Source of the DNA: an uncultured Acidobacteriota bacterium
GTDB taxonomy: Bacteria; Acidobacteriota; Vicinamibacteria; Vicinamibacterales; SCN-69-37
Direction of reading: 5' to 3'
DNA length: 64,000 nucleotides
Assembly (NCBI GenBank): GCA_963751445.1
Contig: CAVVUL010000011.1
Span: forward strand, 289,023-353,022
This document shows, piece by piece, positions 31,750-43,126 of this stretch (positions are counted from its first letter, which is position 1; each line of letters opens with the position of its first letter). A model generated the notes under the pieces. The model had not been told where the DNA came from. It saw only the letters and a program-made list of their open reading frames with translations, and did not search any database. Made by a program: the position numbers and the translations under genes.

Positions 31750-31750
<1 letters not shown>
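30749..31750 (-). CDS. Dihydroorotate dehydrogenase-like (class 1 DHOD/DHPD fold) protein, PFOR-associated
   Basis: Starts MIDLSTTYLGFKLPHPLVAGASPLS..; TIM-barrel flavoenzyme pattern ..VIGSLNGTS..ALELNLY..PVAVKISPYF..DGLVLFNRF..GGVHT... The ATG overlaps the PFOR stop (TAATG). Confidence 0.8.
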
Positions 31751-35407
<3,657 letters not shown>

Positions 35408-35423
35408 TCAACGAGTTTATCTC

Positions 35424-35450
35424 AGGTACGACGGGGACGACAGGCACGTA
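35424..35450. repeat. Short array of the GTCGT(T/C)ACC-type decamer family
   Basis: AGGTACGACGGGGACGACAGGCACGTA (complement CCTGTCGTCCCCGTCGTACCT), 17 nt downstream of the oxidoreductase stop at 35467. Confidence 0.55.
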
Positions 35451-35466
35451 CAGGCGCAACAAATCG

Positions 35467-36528
35467 CTACAGCTCCAGCACGACTTTCCCGATGCTGCCG
35501 CCACCCTGGAGGTATCGCATGGCGGCCGGCACGTCTGCGAACGCGAAGCTCCGGCCAACTAGCGGCGGCGCGGCGATCACGGCATCGAGATGGGCCCACG
35601 CTTCGGGCAGGAGGTCCGCGCGGTCCCAGAGCCAGATCAGGTTGAATCCCATGACGCTGCGGTTGTCGCTGATCATCTGGAGCGGGTCGAGGCGAGGCCG
35701 GCGGAGATACTGCAGGGCCAGACGCGGATAGCTGGCGCGCGAACGCCGGGGCATGAAGTCCGCCGCGCCGTACACGACGAGCCGCCCTTCCGGCCTCAGG
35801 CGCCGGTAGGCCGGCTCAAAATACGGACCGGCCACAGCGTCGAACACGACATCAAAGCCGTCCGCGCCGGCCGCCGCGAGCGCGCGATCGAGGGCCGCGC
35901 CGAAACCGCGACGGTCTCGCACAATCACCTGCTCCGGCGCCAGGCCGCGGTACTCGACGAGCCAGGGCCGTTTCGCGTCCTGCCCCACCACCGCAATCGC
36001 CCGCGCGCCCAGGGCCGCCACGATGGCCAGCGCGTTCAGGCCCACGCCTCCGGCCGCCGATTGGACCAGTACGACGTCATCGCGCTCGAGCGCGCCGAGC
36101 TTCACGAGCCCGTACCACGCCGTCAGCCCCTGCACCGGATACGCCGCGGCTTGCGCGACGCTCCAGCCCGCCCGTATCGGACGAAGGTAACGCCGATCCA
36201 CGTTGATGGCCGTGGCGTAGCCGCCGAAGCGCGTGAGGCCGACGACGGCGTCGCCCACGCGGATCGTGGATGACGCCTCGCCTTCCGCCGCCGCGGGACC
36301 GATGGCCTCGACGACGCCGGCACATTCCAGCCCGGGGATGAATGACCCCTTCGGCGTCGCGGAGTAGAGGCCCAGGCACGCGAAAATGTCGGCGAAGTTG
36401 AGGCCGATGGCCTTGACGGCGACGCGCGCCTCGCCGGGTCCGGGATCCGGAAGATCCTCGGTGCGTCGCGTCAGTCTGTCGAGCGATCCAGCGCGGTCCA
36501 TGCGCCAGACCTCGCGGCGGGAGGGCAC
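35467..36528 (-). CDS. Zinc-independent medium-chain dehydrogenase/reductase (quinone oxidoreductase-like)
   Basis: Intact 353 aa (GTG start): ..GEARVAVKAIGLNFADI.., nucleotide-binding VLVQSAAGGVGLNA.., C-terminal ..GGSIGKVVLEL. Confidence 0.85.
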   Translation of the reverse strand: MPSRREVWRMDRAGSLDRLTRRTEDLPDPGPGEARVAVKAIGLNFADIFACLGLYSATPKGSFIPGLECAGVVEAIGPAAAEGEASSTIRVGDAVVGLTRFGGYATAINVDRRYLRPIRAGWSVAQAAAYPVQGLTAWYGLVKLGALERDDVVLVQSAAGGVGLNALAIVAALGARAIAVVGQDAKRPWLVEYRGLAPEQVIVRDRRGFGAALDRALAAAGADGFDVVFDAVAGPYFEPAYRRLRPEGRLVVYGAADFMPRRSRASYPRLALQYLRRPRLDPLQMISDNRSVMGFNLIWLWDRADLLPEAWAHLDAVIAAPPLVGRSFAFADVPAAMRYLQGGGSIGKVVLEL

Positions 36529-36552
36529 GGGGAGAGTGTAGCCGCTGCCGAC

Positions 36553-36580
36553 AAAAAAAGGGCCTTCGCGAGAAGGCCCT
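36553..36580 (-). terminator. Rho-independent terminator of the radical-SAM operon
   Basis: The minus strand reads AGGGCCTTCTCGCGAAGGCCCTTTTTTTGT: a 9-bp GC stem, a tetraloop and a T7 tract, about 50 nt after the stop at 36632. Confidence 0.8.
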
Positions 36581-36586
36581 TGTACC

Positions 36587-36636
36587 AGTCGTTACCTGTC
36601 GTTACCTGTCGTCACCCGTCGTGACCTGTCCTTACG
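36587..36636. repeat. Five tandem decamers GTCGTTACCT/GTCGTCACCC abutting the radical-SAM stop codon
   Basis: CAGTCGTTACCTGTCGTTACCTGTCGTCACCCGTCGTGACCTGTCCTTACG, read directly. Confidence 0.8.
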
Positions 36637-38147
36637 CCGGCGGCACCTGCAGGTCCGGCATCAGTTTGCCGGCGAACAGCTTCGCCGTCGGCTTGGAGAT
36701 CAGGCGCGCCCAGCGTTCGGCGCTCGAGGCGCGCGCGCTGTCGCTGGCGATGCCCGTGTTCGCGTACATCTGCCGGTACAGCTTGGAGATGAGCACGAAC
36801 GCGAGCCGGCCCTTGAGGTTCTTCACGCAACTGCTCCGCTTCCAGACCACGGGCAGGCTGTAGAACCGGTCCCACACCTTCTGCGTCTTCTGGCGCACTT
36901 CCTCGTGCGACATCGTCGGATGCGCCATGTAGAACTTCGGCCGGCGCGCGCGCGGGAATGAGCCAGTGCCGCGTCAGCGGCGTGCCTTCGAACATCGGCG
37001 GACCGTCCACGAAGCTCTTTTCCCACTTGTCGAAGTCGATGGTCCCCGGGAACGGCGTCAGCATCACGAACTGGGCGAACGTGATGTCGGCCGCCTCGGC
37101 CAGCGCCGCCGTCGCGTCGAACGTCGCGGCTGGTGTCGGACGGCAGGCCGAAGATGAACGACCCCAGCACGTGCACGCCATGCTTCCGGAACACGCGCAG
37201 CCGCTCGGCCAGCGCGTCGCCGGTCAGGTTGAAGTCCTTGTAGATGTCCTTCAAGCCCTCGGGCGTCACCGCCTCCACGCCGACCAGCGCGCCCTTGATG
37301 TTGGCCTTCCGCATCGCCTCGAGGAACTCGGGATCCTCGGCCGCTTCCATCGTGATCTGCGTGAAGAAGACCGTGTCGGACGGCAGCTTCGCGAGCCGCG
37401 CCATCAACTCGAACCGCTCGGCGCGCATCTCCTCGAGTTCATGCAGGTGCGTGCTTGTCTTCGCGCCGCGCGGCCATCTCCAGGTCCTTGAGGGCCACGG
37501 GATAGAAGTTGTCGTCGGCCAGCGCCAGGAACCGGAAGCCCGCGCCGGCGCAGGTCGACGATCTCCTCGAGCACGACATCGACGTTGCGCATGCGCGGCT
37601 CCTGGCCGTCCGTGCGCCAGACCGAGCAGAACGAACAATGCTTCGGGCAGCCGCGCACGGTCTGCACGGACGCCCACATGTACTTGCCCTTCGGCAGCAG
37701 GTCCCAGCGCGCCGGCACGAACGCGTCGCCCGGCACGCGGCCTCCGTCATACACCGGCTGCAGCTTGCCGGCGGCCGCATCGTCGATCACGCGCCCCCAC
37801 ACGATGTCGCCGTCTCCCTTGACGATGGCGTGCGCCCTGGCCGACCTTGAGCGCCTCTTCCGGGAAACAGCGTCGCGTGGATGCCGCCGTAGACGACGGT
37901 CGCGCCGGCCGCGCGCGCGGCGCGCCCGACTTCATAGCCCCGCAGGGCGTTGCCCGTGTGCACGCTGACGCCCACGATGTCGCCCGCCTTGATCTGCGAC
38001 AAGTCCATGCGCTCGAGCGTTTCGTCCACGAGCTTCGGCGTGCCGAATTTGGCCGGCGTGGCGGCCGCGAGGACGAACATCCACCGCGGGCGTTATGACC
38101 GCGATTCCGAACGACACGTTACTCGGATTGACTAGGTATACCTGCAT
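36632..38147 (-). pseudogene. B12-binding-domain radical SAM protein, about six frameshifts
   Basis: Pieces are spread over ORFs 37932..38147, 37787..38080, 37404..37802, 37439..37780, 36823..37677, 36612..37181 and 36632..36928. They join as MQVYLVNPSNVSFGIAVITP / MFVLAAATPAKFG..GVSVHTGNALRGYEVGRAARAAGATVVYGGIHATLFP / ..ASVQTVRGCPKHCSFCSVW (CX3CX2C) / ..FFTQITMEAAEDPEFLEAMRKANIKGALVGVE.. / ..AQFVMLTPFPGTIDF.. / MAHPTMSHEEVRQKTQKVWDRFYS... One break is an extra base in the GGG run at 38088-38090. Confidence 0.8.
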
Positions 38148-38210
38148 CTACTCCTCAATCGACTGCGGCTGGTCCACCGGAACGACTTCGCGAGATACCG
38201 CGCTCACCGA

Positions 38211-38999
38211 CTAAACGCTCCGGATCAGGCCGCCGTCGACCTGCAGGGACGCTCCAGTAATGTAACGCGCGGCTGCTGAAAAGAGAAATACGGCCGCCGA
38301 CCCGAATTCGTCGGCTTCCCCATAGCGGCCCACCGGAATGGTCTTGGCAAACGCCGTCCGGACGTCCTCGGCGGACGCGCCGCTGGCCTTGCCTCGGATC
38401 GTGTCGAGTTCCCGAACCCGGTCGGTGTTGATGCGGCCGGGCACCAACTGGTTGACCCGGATGCGATCGGCGGCCAGTTCATTGGCGAGCGTCTTGGACA
38501 ACGCGGCGACGGACGCCCGCACGACGTTCGACAGGGCCAGATTCGCGATGGGTTCCTTCACGGCCGAAGACGTGGAGACGACGATGGCGCCACCGCCGCG
38601 TGCGCGCATGGACGGCACGGCCAGCCGCACGACGCGCACCGCGCTCAGCAGCAGCAACTCGTACGCATCCGTCCACGCCGCGTCGTCGAACGACAGCGCG
38701 GTGCCCGCCGGCGGCCCGCCCGTGTTCACGAACAGCAAGTCCACGCCGCCGAATTTCTCGATCGTCCGTTCGTGCCACGTCGCGAGGTCGGCGGCCTTCC
38801 GCATGTCCACGACGGTCGCGAGCGTCGGACTGCCCGTCTCGCTGGCAATCCGGCGCGCGGCGTCCTCGACGGCCGTCTGATTGCGCGACGCAATCGACAC
38901 GGCCACGCCCTCGGCCGCCAGCCCTCGCGCGACGGCGTAGCCGAGCCCGCGGCTCGCACCGGCCACCATCGCCACCTTGCCCCTCAGCCCAAGATCCAT
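38211..38999 (-). CDS. SDR-family oxidoreductase (FabG-like)
   Basis: Starts MDLGLRGKVAMVAGASRGLGYAVA (TGxxxGxG-type). It has ..NTGGPP.. and no obvious YxxxK shift. Intact at 262 aa within ORF 38211..39644. Confidence 0.9.
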   Translation of the reverse strand: MDLGLRGKVAMVAGASRGLGYAVARGLAAEGVAVSIASRNQTAVEDAARRIASETGSPTLATVVDMRKAADLATWHERTIEKFGGVDLLFVNTGGPPAGTALSFDDAAWTDAYELLLLSAVRVVRLAVPSMRARGGGAIVVSTSSAVKEPIANLALSNVVRASVAALSKTLANELAADRIRVNQLVPGRINTDRVRELDTIRGKASGASAEDVRTAFAKTIPVGRYGEADEFGSAAVFLFSAAARYITGASLQVDGGLIRSV

Positions 39000-39898
39000 T
39001 CCGCACCCTTCTGCGACGCCGTCCACGCCAGCACCCGGTCGAGCGCGGCGCGAGTCTTGTCGTCCAGCACCGGTCCCGGCGCGCGCGTGGACCCGTCCGC
39101 CAGCGCCCCGCGCCGACGAAACACTTCCTTGCGGATCGCCATGCCGATGCCTTCCTGGAACTCGAAGCGCATCAGCGGCACGAAGCGGTAGAACACATCG
39201 GCGGCCTCGTCGACCCGGCCCGCCCGGTACAGCGTCACGACTTTCACGAGGACTTCCGGGTAGGCGAACCCGGTCATCACGCCGGCCGCGCCCGCCATCA
39301 ATTCCTCGAGGAGGAACACGCCGCCAAGCCCGCCGAGAATCGCGACCCTGATCTCCCCCGCTGCCGCCAGAATCCGGGCCGTCTTGAACGGCGTCGGCGG
39401 GTCTTCCAGCTTGATCGTGCGCGCCGCCGGAATCTCCCGGGCGATGCGCGCGAGCAAGCCCGCTTCCATCGCGAAACCCGAAATCGGCGGATAGTCCTGC
39501 ACGACGATCGGCAGGTCCACCGCGTCGGCGAGCGCCTTGTAGTGCGCGACGACCGACTCGGTGTTGAGTTTCAGCGCGCGCGGCGGACTCACCATGACCG
39601 CCGATGCGCCGAGCGCCTTCGCTTCGCGGCTGAACTCGATGCACGTGCGCACGCCGTCCGCCGAGGCGCCGACGATCACGCGCGCCCGGCCGTTCACCTG
39701 GCTGACCACGGTCTCCACCACGAGATGGCGTTCGCGCTCGGTCAGACGCGTGACTTCACCGGTGACCCCGAGGGCGGTGACACCCGTCACGCCCGCGCCG
39801 ACGATCAAATCAACGACTTTCTTGAGGCTTGCGACATCGACATCGCCACCCGCCGTAAACGGCGTCGGCAACACGGAAAACACACCATCGAATGACAA
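38984..39898 (-). CDS. DapA/DHDPS-NAL family lyase/dehydratase
   Basis: TTG start preceded by GGAGGG. (M)SFDGVFSVLPTPFTAGGDVDVASLKKVVDLIVGAGVTGVTALGVTGE..VMVSPP..IVVQDYP.. is the typical DHDPS-like class I aldolase pattern. It overlaps the SDR start by 16 nt. Confidence 0.8.
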   Translation of the reverse strand: MSFDGVFSVLPTPFTAGGDVDVASLKKVVDLIVGAGVTGVTALGVTGEVTRLTERERHLVVETVVSQVNGRARVIVGASADGVRTCIEFSREAKALGASAVMVSPPRALKLNTESVVAHYKALADAVDLPIVVQDYPPISGFAMEAGLLARIAREIPAARTIKLEDPPTPFKTARILAAAGEIRVAILGGLGGVFLLEELMAGAAGVMTGFAYPEVLVKVVTLYRAGRVDEAADVFYRFVPLMRFEFQEGIGMAIRKEVFRRRGALADGSTRAPGPVLDDKTRAALDRVLAWTASQKGAEWILG

Positions 39899-39932
39899 CC
39901 AACCCTCCGGGGAGACTGTGATCGTATCATGG

Positions 39933-40012
39933 CGGGTGACGGGTGACGGGTAACGACGGGTAACGACAGGTAACGACGGGTAACGACAGGGAACGACAGG
40001 GAACGACGGGCG
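39933..40012. repeat. Decamer array (GGTAACGACG/GGTAACGACA units), left arm of an inverted pair around the dapA-like/udk divergent region
   Basis: GGGTGACGGGTGACGGGTAACGACGGGTAACGACAGGTAACGACGGGTAACGACAGGGAACGACAGGGAACGACGGGCG. Confidence 0.8.
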
Positions 40013-40140
40013 AAAAGAACGAACTGACGCTCGGCAACATTCATTTGTATTAGTTGTGTAAGTGTTGAGCAAACGCTCAGGGAAGACTCGCAGTGGGACA
40101 ATAGGCCTCATGATTCCCGCCCCCCTCGTCACGTGGCGCA

Positions 40141-40198
40141 CCCGCCGTCACCAGTCGTTACGCGTCGTCACCCGTCGTCACCTGTCGTCACCCGTCGT
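40141..40198. repeat. Decamer array (GTCGTCACCC/GTCGTTACGC units), right arm; ends 1 nt before the udk ATG
   Basis: CCCGCCGTCACCAGTCGTTACGCGTCGTCACCCGTCGTCACCTGTCGTCACCCGTCGT, complementary in sense to 39933-40012. Confidence 0.8.
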
Positions 40199-40819
40199 AT
40201 GACTCGCCCCCTTATCATCGGCGTCGCCGGCGGCTCGGGGTCGGGCAAAAGCACGGTCGTACGGCGCATCATGGAAGCGCTCGGCGACACGGACGTCACG
40301 GTGCTCGAGCACGATCGCTATTACCGCGATCATCCCGAATTGCGACTCGAGGAACGGGCCGCGCTGAACTACGACCATCCGAACGCGCTCGACACCGACC
40401 TGCTGGTCGAACACGTGCGCGCGCTGAAGGAAGGGCGGGCCGTGGAACTGCCCGTGTACGACTTCGCCCTGCACGCGCGCAAGCCGGAGACCACGCCGAT
40501 GCGCCCCGGGGCCGCGATCATCGTCGAGGGCATCCTGATCTTCACGGACAAGACGCTGCGGTCGCTGATGGACGTCAAGGTCTTCGTGGATACCGACGCG
40601 GACACGCGCTTCATCCGCCGGCTCGAACGGGACATCGCCGAACGCGGCCGCACCGCCGCCTCGGTGATCGATCAGTACCTGAACACGGTCAAGCCGATGC
40701 ACCTCGAGTTCGTCGAGCCCAGCAAGCGCTACGCCGACCTCATCATCCCCGAGGGCGGCTACAACCAAGTGGCGGTGGACATGCTGCTGACGCTGATCAG
40801 AAGCCTGGCGAGCAGATAG
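40199..40819 (+). CDS. udk: Uridine kinase
   Basis: MTRPLIIGVAGGSGSGKSTVVRRI (P-loop) ..YYRD..NYDHPNALD..LPVYDF..IIVEGILIF..VFVDTDADTRFIRRLERDIAERGR..; a textbook Udk pattern, 206 aa. Confidence 0.9.
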   Translation: MTRPLIIGVAGGSGSGKSTVVRRIMEALGDTDVTVLEHDRYYRDHPELRLEERAALNYDHPNALDTDLLVEHVRALKEGRAVELPVYDFALHARKPETTPMRPGAAIIVEGILIFTDKTLRSLMDVKVFVDTDADTRFIRRLERDIAERGRTAASVIDQYLNTVKPMHLEFVEPSKRYADLIIPEGGYNQVAVDMLLTLIRSLASR

Positions 40820-40968
40820 AACGACGACCGGGAACGATCGGGAACGACGGGAACGACGGGAACGAACGAGAACTGGGGAACTGGGGAACTACGGCACGCG
40901 GGCTGCCGCTCTTCAGTTCCCGATCGTTTCCGTTCGTTCCCCAGTTCCCGTCGTTCCCGTTCGTTCCC
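40820..40968. repeat. Long imperfect hairpin built from GGGAACGAC / GGGGAACT short tandem units between the convergent udk and MBL-hydrolase stops
   Basis: Left arm ..GGGAACGATCGGGAACGACGGGAACGACGGGAACGAACGAGAACTGGGGAACTGGGGAACTACGG. Right arm TTCAGTTCCCGATCGTTTCCGTTCGTTCCCCAGTTCCCGTCGTTCCCGTTCGTTCCC. Confidence 0.8.
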
Positions 40969-41814
40969 TCAGTCAATCCTCACCACTCCTGGTTTCACCT
41001 GCGCAAACCGCTCGAACACCGTCGGGTCGTGGCCGGGGACGATGCGGTTGAGGCTGCTGGCGAGGATGAGCATGCGGGCCTGCGCGGCGAGGTTCGACGG
41101 CGCATCGAGTGTTTGCGCGATCGCGAGCTTGCGCTCGAGGTTCTCGTACAGGTACGCGTTGTCCGACGCGACCACGACCACCCCGTTGCGCGTGGACACG
41201 CCCACGAACTGCGACGCGAACGTGTGCTTGCCGCCCGTGTAGACGCGCACACCCGGCATGATTTCCTGATTGTCGCCGGCCGCCAGCGTCATCCGGTCCT
41301 CGCCGCGAATCGCGAACAGCATCGCGGCGACATCCGGATCGATCGCCCGGTCGCGCACATTCCCGGCGTCGTCGATGTGATGCGCGTACTCCTCGCGCTG
41401 GATCCAGACGCGCGCGCGCGGGAACAGATCCGCGCCGTCCGCATGGTCCCAGTGAATGTGCGTGATGATGACGTCGGTGACCTGATCGGGCGCGATGCCG
41501 AGCGCGGCCTGAACCGCATCCGACGGCTTCGCGTAGCCGGCCGGCTTCCACTGCTGCAGGAACTTGTCGCGATAGAACCCGGAGTCCACCAGCACCACGC
41601 GGCCGTCCGGCCCGCGCAGCACCCACACCATCATGGCGATGTCGAGCGTGCGCGCCCTGTCGGCGCCCGCCGTGAGCCCCGCGACGAGCGAAGACATGCG
41701 AAAGGCCGGTAGTGTGGCATATCGCACTGCGTACACCTCCCAACGCGGCGCCTGCGTCCCGGCGAGCACGGCCATGGCGACACCCATCCACGCAATCACC
41801 GCTCTTGGACTCAT
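40969..41814 (-). CDS. MBL-fold metallo-hydrolase (lactonase-like), secreted
   Basis: MSPRAVIAWMGVAMAVLAG.. is signal-like. The metal motif ITHIHWDHADG (HxHxDH) is present. 281 aa from the ATG at 41814 within ORF 40969..41937. Confidence 0.8.
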   Translation of the reverse strand: MSPRAVIAWMGVAMAVLAGTQAPRWEVYAVRYATLPAFRMSSLVAGLTAGADRARTLDIAMMVWVLRGPDGRVVLVDSGFYRDKFLQQWKPAGYAKPSDAVQAALGIAPDQVTDVIITHIHWDHADGADLFPRARVWIQREEYAHHIDDAGNVRDRAIDPDVAAMLFAIRGEDRMTLAAGDNQEIMPGVRVYTGGKHTFASQFVGVSTRNGVVVVASDNAYLYENLERKLAIAQTLDAPSNLAAQARMLILASSLNRIVPGHDPTVFERFAQVKPGVVRID

Positions 41815-41863
41815 AATGAGAAGGATTGTAGTGCTCCCGCTCCTCCGTCGCGAGGTTTCCCGC

Positions 41864-42918
41864 ATGCCTGACACGATGACGCTTGATACCCCGACCCGTG
41901 AACGTTTCCAGTCCCTGCATCGCCTTGTCGGCAACACGCCGCTCCTCGGCGTGGAACTGCGCTACCGGGGCGAGCGGCGGGTCATCTACGCCAAGCAGGA
42001 ATCGCTGAACCTCACGGGCAGCATCAAGGACCGCATGGCGCTGCACATCGTGCAGCAGGCGTATCTCGAGGGCCAGCTCCGGCCAGGTCACCGCATCGCC
42101 GAAGCCACGAGCGGCAACACCGGCATTTCGTTCGCCGCCATCGGCCGCTCGCTGGGACACCCGGTCACGATCTTCATGCCCGACTGGATGAGCATCGAGC
42201 GGAAATCGCTCATCACCAGCTTCGGCGCCGACATCGTGCCGATCAGCCACGCCGAAGGCGGATTCCTCGGCAGCATCGCGCGGTCGGAGGAACTGGCCGC
42301 GCAGGACTCCGTCGGTCTTCCTGCCGCAGCAGTTCGCCAACGAAGCCAACGTGCGCGCGCACGAGGAGACGACGGGACCGGAAATCTGGATGCAGCTGAA
42401 GTCCGCGGGCTTGACGCCCGATGCGTTCGTCGCGGGCGTCGGCACCGGCGGCACCGTCATGGGCGTCGGGACGGTTCCTGCGCTCGCCGCAACCCCGCGC
42501 GTCAAGCATCCATCCGCTCGAGCCGGCCGAGTCCCCGACGCTGTCGACGGGTCACAAGGTCGGCCAGCACCGGATTCAGGGCATCTCCGACGAGTTCATT
42601 CCGGCCATCGTCAAGCTCGACGAGCTCGACGCGGTCATCGCCGTGAACGACGGCGACGCGATTCTGATGGCGCAGCAGCTGGCGCAGCACGGGCTGGCCG
42701 TGGGCATTTCGTCGGGCGCCAACCTGCTCGGCGCGCTGAAGATGCAGGACGAGCTCGGCCCCGACTGCCGTCGTGGTCACGGTCTTCTCAGACAGCAACA
42801 AGAAATACCTGAGCACGGACTTGCTGCGGCCGAGCCGGTGCGCGACGGATACCTGTCACCTGACGTCGAGGTGACGGGATTCCACGCGATGATGCGGGTG
42901 TGTACCTTCTGCGCCTGA
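41864..42918 (+). pseudogene. cysK: Cysteine synthase A / O-acetylserine sulfhydrylase, about four frameshifts (42300-42830)
   Basis: ORF 41633..42646 from MPDTMTLDTP..: ..NLTGSIKDRMALHIV (PLP lysine) ..TSGNTGISFA... It continues in ORF 42351..42812 (..[32 protein letters not shown]) and ORF 42421..42918 (..[44 protein letters not shown]..). Confidence 0.85.
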
Positions 42919-42923
42919 CAGTA

Positions 42924-43125
42924 GAGTTCAGGGTTCCGGGGTTCCGAGGTTCACGGTTCGGTTCACGGTTCCGGGTTCAGGCTCAGGTTCGGGTTCGAGG
43001 TTCAGGATGCGTCGGGAGTTCAAGGCTTCGCCGCAGAACCAGCACCGAACCCAGAACCCGAACCTCTGAACCGTGGAACCGGAACCCCGGAACCCCGGAA
43101 CCCTGGAACCTCGTGAACCTCGTGA
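42924..43125. repeat. GGTTCCGG-type heptamer/octamer arrays arranged as a long imperfect inverted repeat
   Basis: Left arm GAGTTCAGGGTTCCGGGGTTCCGAGGTTCACGGTTCGGTTCACGGTTCCGGGTTCAGG... Right arm ..GAACCGTGGAACCGGAACCCCGGAACCCCGGAACCCTGGAACCTCGTGAACCTCGTGA. It lies between the cysK stop (42916-18) and the 3' end of BNR gene A. Confidence 0.85.
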
Positions 43126-43126
43126 T

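Noticed and set aside
38148-38210. Cobalamin riboswitch upstream of the B12-radical-SAM gene (likewise a Mn/yybP riboswitch before the VIT gene and a SAM/T-box leader before cysK)
   Set aside because: The upstream spacers are too short for these elements: 63 nt for the radical-SAM gene, none for VIT because of the overlapping upstream gene, and about 50 nt for cysK. No conserved cores were seen.
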